Below, piece by piece: positions 31,879 to 44,208 of a stretch of 64,000 nt of DNA. The translations under genes were made by a program, and so were the position numbers. The stretch lies in contig JAAOMT010000226.1 in assembly GCA_016748015.1 (NCBI GenBank), positions 1,098,604 through 1,162,603 on the forward strand. Reading direction: 5' to 3'. This DNA is from Geosiphon pyriformis uo1. Its lineage: Eukaryota > Fungi > Glomeromycota. The notes beneath the pieces are model-generated. The model was not told the origin of the DNA, did not search any database, and worked only from the letters and a program-made list of their open reading frames with translations. Each line of letters begins with the position of its first letter. Position 1 is the first letter of the stretch.

Positions 31879-34303
31879 TCAGGTTTCCATCCATTTGAAT
31901 GAACCCATCAATAAATATTGATTGGGAAGGCGACCTGGACAGGGGGAAAGAATAGTCATCTTGTGTTTGATACTATCCACTTCAGATCTGAAAGGCGACA
32001 TAGAGATCTTAGTGTATTCCACATAATGGAAACTAGGTGCAAAATATTAAACATACACATAGACGAAGCCAGCAATATTTGCTTCAAGTAGACCAGATTC
32101 TTCCGGACTATTTGCCGTGCTAAGGGCAAGAATCGAGTGAGGTAATGTATCGTCTGGTTCAACTTTTACTAATTGAGTTTCGCTGACTTTTCGATCAATT
32201 CCAATAGGCAAAGCAGAAGAAGGAGCCAGTGATCCTAATCAATATGAAAGGAATTGACCAGTTAGAATTTCTTTAAAACTGTGGCAGAGTAAAAGACTTA
32301 CCGACGCCTACTCGGTAAATGGTTATGTCATGAAAATTGATCAATGATGAATAAGGTGAAAGTTCACATTTTATTGATCCATAAAAATATTCACGTATCT
32401 TTCTCATCTGAATTTGCCGGCGAAATGCTTTGTCTCTATTGACCACCTTTTTAAAGAAAAGTGAATTTAGTCTAGAAGTCGACTATTTAATTGTAAATTC
32501 ATCTTTATACTCACTCCTCCTGATTTGGATAACTTTAATACGTTAAGATCATCACGATCTTTGTATAACCGAGCCATGTCACTAAATAACCGCTCATGAC
32601 CAAGAACGATAATGATATTGACTAAAATTGCTTGAACATTGCCTTTTGAAAAGTAAACTAAGAAAACATTAGGAGTTTTAAAAGACCCACCTGAAAAAAC
32701 TTCGATACAATGCTGTATTATTTCATACCCAATATTGTCAATAAGACCACCGGTATCAATCACTAAACCAGAAATTCTGGCTAAAAAGGGAAATTTGTTC
32801 AAATTCTGTATAATAAGATTCCTTTAAATTTTACAAAATAAACTCACCGTCCTCATCTTGTTGTAATCGGTTTTCAATTGCCCGACCAAGTCTTGCAGAA
32901 AGAACTTTGTAAAGTTTTACATTTTCACTAGGCTCTGCATATCCATAATAGTATACAATGGGCATAGTAGATGATCCCATCGATGGTGCTGTTGTCGCCG
33001 AAGATCCAAAACCTTCTTCAACATCTAATATTTGATTTATGGGGGTTGCTGTGAGTGATCCAGGCATTGTAATAGTTCCCTAATTGATATTACAACGTTT
33101 TCCGGAGTGAGACTTTAGTAAAGAAAGAAATTATTATGCAATAGTTTAATACTTCGTTTGTGTCCAAATCAACAAATATAGGTTGTCGACCTTGACGTAA
33201 GGCGTAGCTAAGTAAAATCTTGGCTAGAGATGTTTTCCCTACATCTTCGGGCCCAACAATCAAAACCTGTTTTTGCAAGAATTTATTTGAAATATGCAAA
33301 ATTTATTAATTAGATTATTGACATTGATAAATTTACTTGCCCTTGGGCCATGCTCTCTCTTTGATTTTGCAGATTCTCGGCATTGTTCAAGAGCTAAATG
33401 CATATTGAGATAGCTGACCATTGGAGTTTCATTGGCAATGTATTCGACGCTACATGTTCCTCGTATGTGATGGTTGATTTTTTGTTAAGGCTGTAAAATA
33501 TACAATAAATTGATTTGTTGGATTTAAAAGCAGAAACAGAATAAATTATTTTTGAGGATATTTCAAGAGTACAACCATGCCAGGTGAAAACAGCCACCTT
33601 ACGTCCTATAAATTCGTACTCTGGCCCTATCCCGATCTCGGTGCCGAAAATCTCTGCTGTACCAGAAATCAACTAGAATCAAGAAGCAATGATTTTAAAA
33701 TATCGTGAAAAGATGTGAAAAAAATGGGGCTGATAATTCACATATGAACCGAATTTTGATGCATTTTTTATTAATGTAGTATGGATGAAATTTTTCAAAA
33801 AACAAAGAAATAAAAATGGGAAGAGGATATACAGAGTGTTTAACTTGCACTGTTACAAAAGAAATTGAACAGAGCTAATCTTAAAATTAAATAATATTTT
33901 TTAAGCTTTCAAAAAGTGCATCAAATAGTCACTCAAATTAATTTTTCCAAACCTACAATCTAAATATTGTAAGGAGCATAAGCTTTTTGTTTTGAGAGGA
34001 ACTGGAAACCTAGATACTGCAACTGGAGGAAACCTGAGCCTGACAAAGTCAATTTTGTATGACGGAGAACTAAAACTGCAGAAAGTTGTTCGGCCTTAAT
34101 ACCTTGAGTTTTACTGTTACGCCAAAATCAACCTCAAAACGAAACTCATGTTCGGGCTCGAGTTTCCACTCTTTGGGTGCCTCCTCTTCCTTCAAAGGAA
34201 AACTTGTTGAAAATTTTCAACCTTAGCGCTAAGTGAACATCATTTTTCTTAGAATAAATACCTTTTTCCCAGGTTTCGTTGTTCCTTTCACGGCAGCTTT
34301 CAT
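31879..34303 (-). CDS. CLP1: mRNA cleavage/polyadenylation factor and polynucleotide 5'-kinase Clp1 (10 exons)
   Basis: [80 protein letters not shown], ends [10 protein letters not shown]. Confidence 0.95.
33467..33561 (-). other. U12-type (minor spliceosome) AT-AC intron in CLP1
   Basis: 5' ATATCCTC, branch GCCTTAAC (33484-33491), 3' CAC; removal gives in-frame GCTLE|[16 protein letters not shown]. Confidence 0.9.
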
Positions 34304-34433
34304 AGCTAAGTAATGAATGCCGGAAACTTGAATTCAAGAAAAAATCGAGGAATATCTGATATCTGATGAGATAAAGACAATCATATAAATATCTCAAATC
34401 TTCAAACTTTCCGTTTACTAACATAAAAGACAA

Positions 34434-37400
34434 ATGTCCGAAAATACCAGAATAGCTTCCTCTGTTGAAAATGAACCAACTAAAAAGTGTCCGCCGAACT
34501 TTCCATGCAATACTTCCGATAACGTAAAAGTTATCAAAGAGCGAATCATCAAAACCAACCAGTTAATGAAGCTTTTCGAAGCCAAAAATCAAGGTAATAG
34601 GTTAAGAACAATGTTAAATCTCTTTTGCCCTTCAAACTTAAATGGTCACTTATTTCTACTCGCTTAATAAGAGCTCATTAAGAGTAAAGAAAATTTTTTG
34701 GATCTTCAGGAGCACTTTTCCCAAACTCAAACTGCCAAGGATGCAGGCATGTTTTTTATTTCCAAAAATCCAAACTTTTCATTAATCATTTGCTTACATG
34801 GATTCTATCATTAGAACTGACACAGAGCAAGCAAGAAATCGCTTCCTTACAAACTTTTTTAGCAAAACTCCAAGAAGAAATAAGGATTCCCTCAAAAGAA
34901 AACGAGGTTTTGCGATTAGCTGCACAACAGCAACACGCGGAAGTAATGAAATTGAAGGAACAACTGAAACAACAAGATGCTCAACTAAAAGATCAACAGT
35001 ATTCTTCAACACAACTGGAAAAACTTCGTAATGAAAATGAAAGATTAGGGCAAAGAATAAAATCTTTAGAGGTGGGATTTTTTTATTGACTTTAATCTAT
35101 GGACAAATATCATATCGTTTCTTTGACACTCCATTCCTATTATTTTCAAAGATTTTAAAGGGTCAGCTGGAATTCAAAGTTCAAGAAGGCGAACAAATTA
35201 TAACCACTCATGAACAGCAAAAAAAAGAAATAATCAAGATAAAAAAGGAGTTGCAGAAGAGGTAGGCAATCAAACATAAAATTTCTTTTCAGACTCAGAT
35301 GCATTGGAATTAGGGGATATTTGTTTATGAAGCTCTTTCGCATGTCTAGCACTATCCTATCATCAATCTTAATTACTTCTTGTGGGATCTTTCTTATTGC
35401 TGCTGATTATTAGCATTTCTCACCACGGGCCCATGTATTCCAAATCCACTATGCCATTACAGATGTCCCTAGCATTGCACCTCTGCTAGGAGACGCTAGA
35501 ATGCATGATAAAGTGTTATTTTTGAAAGCTTTGTTTGACTTCAAACGGTGTTTTTTTAACCCATGAGAATTTCTAATTATTTAATCAATTAATCGCTATA
35601 TAGAGATGAACAGGCCAGAAAAAATCAATTTGAAAAGACAAAACTCACCGAACAATTAAAAAAACTGCAGACAGAAAAATGCAAAATCGAAGAGAAAGTC
35701 ATGATCATGGAAGAGAATTCCGAAACGCTTCAAGACAAAGAACTAGAGCGAGAACTAGAAATTAGTATATTGAAGAATTCTCTTTCCGAACGAGACAAGC
35801 AGATCACTCAATTACATCGACAGATAGAGGATTTAATTTCTAAAGCCAAAGAATGTGAAGAAATAGATAAAGATCTGGATAGGCGAAAACATGATTCCGA
35901 AATGATTCTTTTGAAAAAGGAAATTGAACAATACCAAAAAAAGTTACAAATTGTTGAATCAGAATCCCTGAAAGCTCGGGAAGAACTTACCAAGTTAAAA
36001 AATGAGGCCATTGGAATAAGTGTTTTGGAACACAACAATAGCAAGCTTCAAGGACAATTACAAACTGCACATGAAGCATTTGAAATCCAACAAAAGGAAG
36101 TAGTTAGGCTTAAAACTGAGATTGATAAGATGAATGAAATGAGGCAACAAAATATTGAACTCTTGAGAAAATCAAAAGCTGCTAATGACCAAATTGCTAG
36201 ATTGGGGGACTCTTTACAGGAAAAATCAAACACCAGTGCGCTCACCCAAAATAGCATTCAACAGCCTTTTTTAGCATTAATCCAACAACTGAATACTTGG
36301 AAAAAAAATACAGAAAATTTGGAAAAAATCAAAGTATGTGATATTTGATTTGAGTCTTAAATGATAAGTCTAACGATGAAATATTTATGCAGAGTGCCTT
36401 ACAAGATTTAGTAACAACGCAGCAAGTAGAAATTATGGAATTGCGGAAGCATCAAAGGGAGACGGATCCTAAATTGGTACTTCTTTTGCCAAATTCATAG
36501 TAAACTGCTTAGCGAAAACATTTATTTATTTGCTAAAAGAGGCATTCAATAATGGTCATCTTCGATTCAGAACGTCGATGTGTTCTACAGTCAATCTCTC
36601 GAAACCAACCAAGAAACTATACAATTTCCTTTAACCCCCATAGATATTTCTCCAAAATCTATAACTATTCCTGCTATTAACGAGGAAGAAATTAATGAAT
36701 GGGAATCGAACAGTACCCAACCTAAACTATCGGCAAACTATTCCTTAGACGTTGGCATAGATCATTCATCAGATTCTTCTACAAATTTTGGAAATACTTC
36801 ATATGCTATTCATACACCGATCGATTGTCGCGAGGACTCATTGAGCTCAAAATCTGAACTTTTTCCCCCTGATGCTCTTCGATCTACATTAGATGAGATA
36901 AATTTTCTTAACCCTCTTAATTCTCCAACAAATATCACAATTCCAAGCAAAATCGATGAAACATCAGAAAAAAATAGGACAAGCTCTGAAAAATCTATGC
37001 CTTCAAAAACGCCAATTGTTATGGCTTCGAGACCCGATCATCCATTACCTGTTGTCACCTCTCCATATCAGGATCAAAGCAAGAAAAGACGAAAAAATGA
37101 AAATGCTACTAAAACGAGCAAGAGTATAAACGATCAAAATTATGGAAGTAAACGGAGGAGATTATCCAGCAAAATGCCAGCGCCAATATCCCAAGAATCG
37201 TCATCCACTGTTGCACTTGATGACTTGATGTGTATGTATCGGTTATGCCTAGTATTTTTAATCGATTTTTGTGAATTCTGATTTGTTATTCATACTAGTT
37301 ATAAGTAAGAAGTTGGATGATCTCGCGGTGCAATCCCAAGCTATATTCAAGTCCATAAATTCCCTAAGAAATTTTGCCTTTGAAAACGCTGCCGTTCTTT

Positions 37401-38977
37401 TGAAAGCAGTTGATCAGCATATTCGTGGAATGCGTACCCCCATATTTTTGCAAGTATATTTGAACGGGGAGCAATTTAAAAAATTCTCGCGAGCGACGGG
37501 CTCAAGTATAAAGTTGCCATCAATCATTCCAAAAAAAGAAACTGATGTAATTTTATTTCTTTGGTACCTTTATATGGAGTTTCCGGAGGTAGGAGGACAA
37601 AATTTGCTCATTCATTGGTATATCTTAGCCATTATTAAGATACTTGTATTTCTTTCTAGAGTGATTTTTTGGAAATTTTCTTGCAGAATGCTAGCGAGCA
37701 AATTGTTTTGTCAAAAAACAAATCTGCAGAATTGGGATTTTCAAGGTTTAGGTTCTTTAAGTCACGACATTTCCGCTACCATGTAAAACTTCTCAAAAAT
37801 CTTACTTTTTTAATATAGCCGTTTATGTCGAATTTTTATAGCTATTTGTCGCCTCTCAAATAATTTACAACGGGCCCGTGTATTATGTTATGATCTTTTA
37901 AGGGAAATCAAAAAACCGGATTATATATTTAAGGTGCTGGAGAACATTGCGAAAGTATGGCCTCAAGTTCTCCGATACTCGATCCTCCTACAAACCAAAA
38001 TGAATGAAGGTTGGTATTCTTCAATACTGAAGCTACTTGACGCTGTTTGCTTGAACACGACATGCTACCATAAATAAAATCTATATATCAATTGCCTCGA
38101 AATTTAAGGCGGTTTATGTCCCTTGCGTATTATTGTGGCTATCGTTGCCATCATTGCCGTCAAAATTCTCGAGAGTTCAAAAGAGATTCAGGTACGGTTT
38201 TCTATCGCTATAATGCTACAAGTTAAAAAATTTTTCTTCACAAATAATTTCATCCAGGTCAAAGAGATGTATAATACATTTGTACAGAATTGCCTTTGGG
38301 AAAAACTTGATGATGCTCCGTCAATATCTGATACTCTTCGAGACTTGATAGTTATTCTGCAGTCACCGAGTTTCCAGCAAAGATATAACAAAGAGGCGCT
38401 TCAAGGTGTGATTCTTTAAAAAGATAACGCCTCTTCGTCTGATAAACAAGTGATATTTAACTCATTTTGACAATCATAGGTGATTTTCAAGAGTATCGCT
38501 TCAACCTGCTTAAATCTTATGAATTAGCTGCCGTTTGGTGTTCTTGGGATGACATATTTGAAAGTCTGGTATGCCAAACATTATGGCCTATGATCAAGGA
38601 TGAGAAAGCAGGTGATATTCCTCTGGAGATAATTGGTACCATCTGCCGTAAAGGATTGTTTGAAGTGAAAAGGAAGAAGCAAATTGAACAACTTGTTTCT
38701 CGGCTTTCTGCGTCTATCGCTCCTCAGAGCAACGGTAGGTAAATGATTATTCCTCTGTTTAGAAATGCTCTAAAGAACTCAGCATTATCTATATCTGCCT
38801 GTAGCTTCTTTTACCCTTCAAAAGCGTGCCGCTGACGTTATACTTCTTCTCGCCAATGGTGATTTAAATCAACTTGATCTTGTATTTCGCTGGTATTCAT
38901 CAATTGATTCCGAGAAACGAGGACTTTTATCAGATTCCTTTGAGATGCAACTTCAAACTTTACAGTCCTTTAATTAG
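34434..38977 (+). CDS. Coiled-coil protein with ICE1-like (little elongation complex subunit 1) C-terminal domain, ~14 exons
   Basis: The spliced reading frame is consistent through to TAG at 38975-38977. Long N-terminal coiled coil, S/P-rich middle with KKRRK, C-terminal RLCRIFIAICRLSNNLQRARVLCYDLLRE...W, LAAVWCSWDDIFESLVCQTLWPMI, LEIIGTICRKGL. The gene is solid; the ICE1 assignment is from remembered sequence. Confidence 0.8.
35464..35495 (+). promoter_or_regulatory. Intronic RNA hairpin with AUUGCAC loop (U1 snRNA stem-loop II / U1A-site mimic)
   Basis: tgtc-CCTAGC-attgcacctct-GCTAGG-a-gacg within intron 35262-35603. Confidence 0.6.
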
Positions 38978-41900
38978 AGATACGTATTATTCAGAGTTTT
39001 TCTTTAATAATGTACTTTGAAAGCCTTAACTGGATTTCTTATTTGAATCAGTTGCTATTCACGCTAATAGTTGGAGAAAAACACTGGAAATTCGAATTAA
39101 TTTCAAGAAATGATGATTAGAGGCAAATTTTCCTTATGCAATGTTCTTTTGTCAGGGTTTTCCAAGTTATACGAATTGAGTATATAATGGTTTAGAAGAT
39201 TGTGGGCGATTTGACATTCAGTTGTTTATACAAAATACTAGAAATATTAATATATTTTATAAAATATAAATTTATTCACAATATAATATTTCTTGAAATT
39301 ATATTGCTATGGTTTAATTAATAATTTTATTTTATTGACTTAATTATTAATTAAACCAGTCAAGTTAACTTAAGTAAAACACAGAATTTTAATAGTGTTA
39401 TATTTTTTGAAATCAAAAATACAGTTGCAACTAAAAACCAATTTAGTTATACAACTTTATCAGCTGTAATTTTTGAAAATAAAATATTAATTGCTATTTT
39501 TCTATTTAAGCTAAAAAAAAACCAGTTATTATTTAATAAAATTATTATTATTAGAGGTTTTTTTGTTTTTTTTAATGTTATTATAAATAGTTTTTCTGAA
39601 GAAATTTTTATATTTTGATGCTATTTTATAACAGATGTATTTGAAAATTTATAGATTAAAGAGTTTTTATTTAAGTTTTTTGTATAAAAAACAAAAATTC
39701 AAAAGTATAATAACTTTTAATAATATTTTATTTAACTTTTTTTTACTTTTTAACAAATTTACTTTGATGTTTTTTATTTTTGTTATAAAAAGATTTGTTG
39801 AATTATGTTTTGTAATTTAGTGTTCTTTTTTTTAATTATTATTTAAAATTTTTAATTAATTTAAAAATTTAAAAATTTAATAGTTTTTAATATTTTGTGT
39901 TTAATTTTGTTTTTTAACAAACTTATTTTGGTGTTTATTATTTTTTGATAAGTTATTTAACTTTTTATAAGTTTTAATTTTATGTTTTTTTTTGTGTTTT
40001 TTATTAAACAAAATTTGTATTCTGTTAATAGTTATAATTAAGAACTATTTTTTAGTATTTAATAATTATGTTTTTTGTATTTTTGTTTTGAAAACAATTT
40101 TAATAAAAATAATCAATAATAATAGTATTTGTAATTTATAGATTTTTTTTATAATATAATTTTTATTAGAATAATTAATAATAAATTTTTAGGTTTTATA
40201 ATTAATTAATTTTTTTAATAAATCGCTTAATGTTTTTATTTTATTTTTATTGTTATATAATATAAAACCAAAAAACTTATACTTTAAAATTACATAATTA
40301 TAAATAAATAACTATATTAAATTAATTAAGATTTCAATCAAATTGAACTAAACCAAACTTTGAATATTGTTTAAATTTGGTTTAAATTATGAACTGAACT
40401 TGAATTAAACCAATTTTTTAAAATAAATTCAGTTTAAGTTTAGTATTAAATTTTTTTGACAAGTCTAAGTTTGGTTCAAGTCTGGTTTAAAGCTCATAAA
40501 CTTGTTTAAAGTTTGATAAAATTAAAAAAAGATATAATTTGTACTATTTGTTTATTAATTATTACTTTGTTTAATTACTATTATTAGTTAAAAAAATATA
40601 TAAAACTATGTATGTATAACAACTCTACTCTTCAACTTATTAAAAATAAAATAGTTATTAGTATTATTCAATATTATTAAAGATTCAAAATTCAAAATAA
40701 TAGAATTTGATAATCCAAATAATCCAAATATTAATATATTTGGTAAATATAGTTTTTAGAATAAAATATGTGACTATTTTGATAAGTTTAAGTGGATAAA
40801 AAAAAACAGCTAAATATACAGTCTCAAAATGTAAACATAAATCATTTTTTTGTAAAATTATAAATACTACCAAATTTTTATGGTACTATTTAGAAACTTC
40901 TTACTAAACAATATATGTTATAATAAAAAAATATCATAAGAAAAAACAAAATGTTCAAAAAAATTGCAAGTTAATTAAAAAAATATTTCAACAAGTGAGA
41001 TTGCTATTTTTTTTATAATTTTTGGCCAATTTAACTAAAAAACTGTTCTAGTCTTCTGTAGTAACTGCTATTGACATTAGTAATAAAAAACTTTATGACA
41101 TAATTACTATTTGGCTTATCAACTGCCAGTAACTACTTTTTATAATAAAAACCCTAAATTAATTAAAATATTTCAATATTTTAACTCTATTTCTCAACTT
41201 GTTTGTACTGATACAATTAAAAATAAAATTATAAAACTCTATGTTTTGGGTAAACAAAAATTAAGAATAAGTACTACTTTTATTATGAAATGTTTTTTTT
41301 CTTTTATTTATACTTATAACATGATAGACATACTTAAGTACTATTATGTCCAAAATTTTTTTTACATTAGATCTCTAGACATTTTTTAATAACAAAGTTT
41401 TTGTTTCTATTACTGTTTATTATATCAATAACAATTGGAACCTTTAACAAACAATAATTAATTTTAGATTAATAAATAGATAACATGATAGAATAAATAT
41501 TGCAAATAAATTTTTTAAAGTATTAAAAAATTATAGAATTACATCAAAAGTATGTATGTATATTCTTGCATAAATTTAGATTAGTTAATGACCAATAATA
41601 AAATATAACATATTAGTATTATTTGAAACTTAAAATTATTACAGTACTTATATTATCAAAAATTGCATTTTCTTAATATTAACTTAAGTTGGTTTTTATT
41701 ATTGCCCAAAGCTAAATTTTTGGTATTAATATTATCTAAGGCTTAAAGTTATTACAGTGCCCATATTATTGAAAACCACATTTTTTTAATATTAGCTTAA
41801 ATAGTTTTTATTATTGCTTTAAGCTAAATTTTTAGCCAAAAAGTTTAAAAAAGAAGTTTAAAAAAAAGTTATATTTACTTTTTTTTTATACAAGTTTATT

Positions 41901-42327
41901 ATTAATTTTATTAATTATAACTTAATTTTTTTTGACAGTTTTTTGCTATTATTTTTAATAATGTCACAAATAATAATATTTTTATAAAAGAGTTAGTAAG
42001 AAAATTAAGAGAGAAAAACATTAAATAGAATTTAGAAAACTTTTAATTTTAATGTTTTGATTATATTTTAAACTTGGCAGATAACTTTAAATAAAATAAA
42101 AAATGATGTTTTCAAAATATTTGTTAAAAATCCAAACAGAATATATTTACCTGAAAATTTTTTAATGTAAATTTTATATAAATCAAAGATTAAAGAACTT
42201 AACTTTGCAATCTGTACTTTTTTCTAATGTTTTAAGCTCCTTAAACATATCTGTAATACATATTAAATTAAATACTGTAAACTTATTCTGAATTATCTTA
42301 CCTAATAAAATTTTACTTACAATATGA

Positions 42328-42883
42328 TGTTACTTATAAAAAAAGAATACAAGAAAAATAGTAGAAAAAATGAATAGAAAAAATAGACCAATAAAAAAAT
42401 AATATTTAGCATATGAGCATATTGCTCAGCAATGTGAAGCATTGTTAGAAAATTATAGCATATTGCTTAGCAATAAGCACATTGTCAAAAATTACAGACA
42501 TATTGTTCAGCAATATAAGTATTGCTTAAAAAATTATGGCACATTGTTTATGAATATGTAGAATCTTATATAATATAAATTATATATATATAGTAGTAGT
42601 ATCAAAAGCTAGAAAATTAGTTAAGTAAACTTCCAGAGTCAATTAGACTTGCAAATCATAATTAAAAAAATCCCAGTTAGAATCAATACCAAGATCTCTC
42701 TATTAGAAAAAATAACATCTTAGTTAAAATTATTAATATTAATAAATAATTATTTACTATCTAAATTACTTTTTTCTTTATCAACACTTTATGTTGATAG
42801 TATCTAATACTTAATCATACTGGAACAATAGCTCTTGATTATAGCTATTAACAAGAAATTAATTTTTTATTATCTTGGCTTAA

Positions 42884-42919
<36 letters not shown>

Positions 42920-43237
42920 GTTGTTGTTGTATACTAATTAATTGAAGATTAAGTACTGAATTACTGATGTCAGAGATTGTTTAGTAAAAGACTCCAAGCA
43001 AGAGGATACAACACTTGAAACTAAGAATTACTTACCAGAGAATTGCCAACCATTAAGCTGAAAAAAAAATTGATGGAATTGCAATTCCAGGAGACTACTA
43101 AAAATAACTATTGAATCCCTGTTCATTATACAAAGAACTTAAACCAAAACCTTTAAATTATATCAATTGTATCAGCTATTAGTACCAAGTTACAGGTTTG
43201 TTATTTGATTTGAGATTCCAAATAATTACTTGTAACA
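42328..43237 (+). repeat. Solo LTR (copy C family)
   Basis: TGTTAC...GTAACA; homologous to 54968-55781. Confidence 0.9.
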
Positions 43238-43245
43238 ATAGTTAA

Positions 43246-44208
43246 TGTTACTCATAGAAAAAAGTACAAGAAAAATAGTAGAAAAAACAGATAGAAAAAA
43301 TAAACCAATAAAAAAATAGTATTGAGCATGTGAGCATATTCCTGGTGAATTAAGACATATTGTTTAGCAATATAAGCAATGTTAGTAGATTAGAACACAT
43401 TGTTTAGCAATGTAAGCAATATTAGTAGATTAAGGCACATTGCTCAGCAATATGAGTATTGCTCAAGAAATTATAGCACATTGCTTACAAATATGTAAGA
43501 TCTTATAAAACATTAATTATGTATATATAGCAAGAATATTAAAACAAAAAAGACAGAACTTACAGCTAGAAAACACACAGTTAAAATCTTCAGTTAAAAA
43601 AACAGTTAGAATCAGTTCAAAATTTTATTATATATTAATAAATTATTAATTACTACTTGAATTCATGTTATCATTACTTGATTAAAAAATATTAATCATC
43701 TCTATTCTATCAACACTTAACCATACTGAAACAATAGCTCTTGATCATAACTATTAATAAGATACTAATTTTTTCTTTTATTTTCTTTTATTTTCTTTAT
43801 TTTTTTTTATTTTTTTTGTTGTTTGTTGTTGACTAACTGATTTAAGAGATTAAGCATTAATTAATTGACATCAAAAATAGTTTAGTAAAAGACTCAGAAA
43901 TAAGGATATAGAATTTATAAATTAATAAATAGCTTACCAAAAAGACATAACTGCCAGAATAAACTGGCTATAATACTAAAGAAAAAAATTTGATAGAATT
44001 ATTATTTTGGAAGACTATAAACACTAAAACATACCAACTTAAAAGTTAAAATTAGAAACATTACAAAAGAAAATTACTTTTGAATTTCTGTTCATTATAC
44101 AAAAGATTCCAACCTAAAACCTTCAAATACTACCAACCATATCACTTATTAAGCACCAAGTTATAAGTTTGTTATTTGTATCAACATTCTAAATAATTAT
44201 CAGTAACA
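43246..44208 (+). repeat. Solo LTR with TTAA target-site duplication
   Basis: TGTTAC...GTAACA; TTAA at 43242-43245 and 44209-44212. Confidence 0.9.

Noticed and set aside
35400-35560. Complete U1 or U2 snRNA gene around the AUUGCAC hairpin
   Set aside because: No ATACTTACCTG 5' end, no U1-70K loop, and no U2 branch-pairing sequence; only the hairpin is present.
39105-39230. C/D snoRNA (ATGATGA) downstream of the ICE1-like gene
   Set aside because: No matching CTGA D box or terminal stem found.
42415-42560. CRISPR-like array of palindromic repeats
   Set aside because: Eukaryotic LTR context, degenerate units, no unique spacers, no cas genes.
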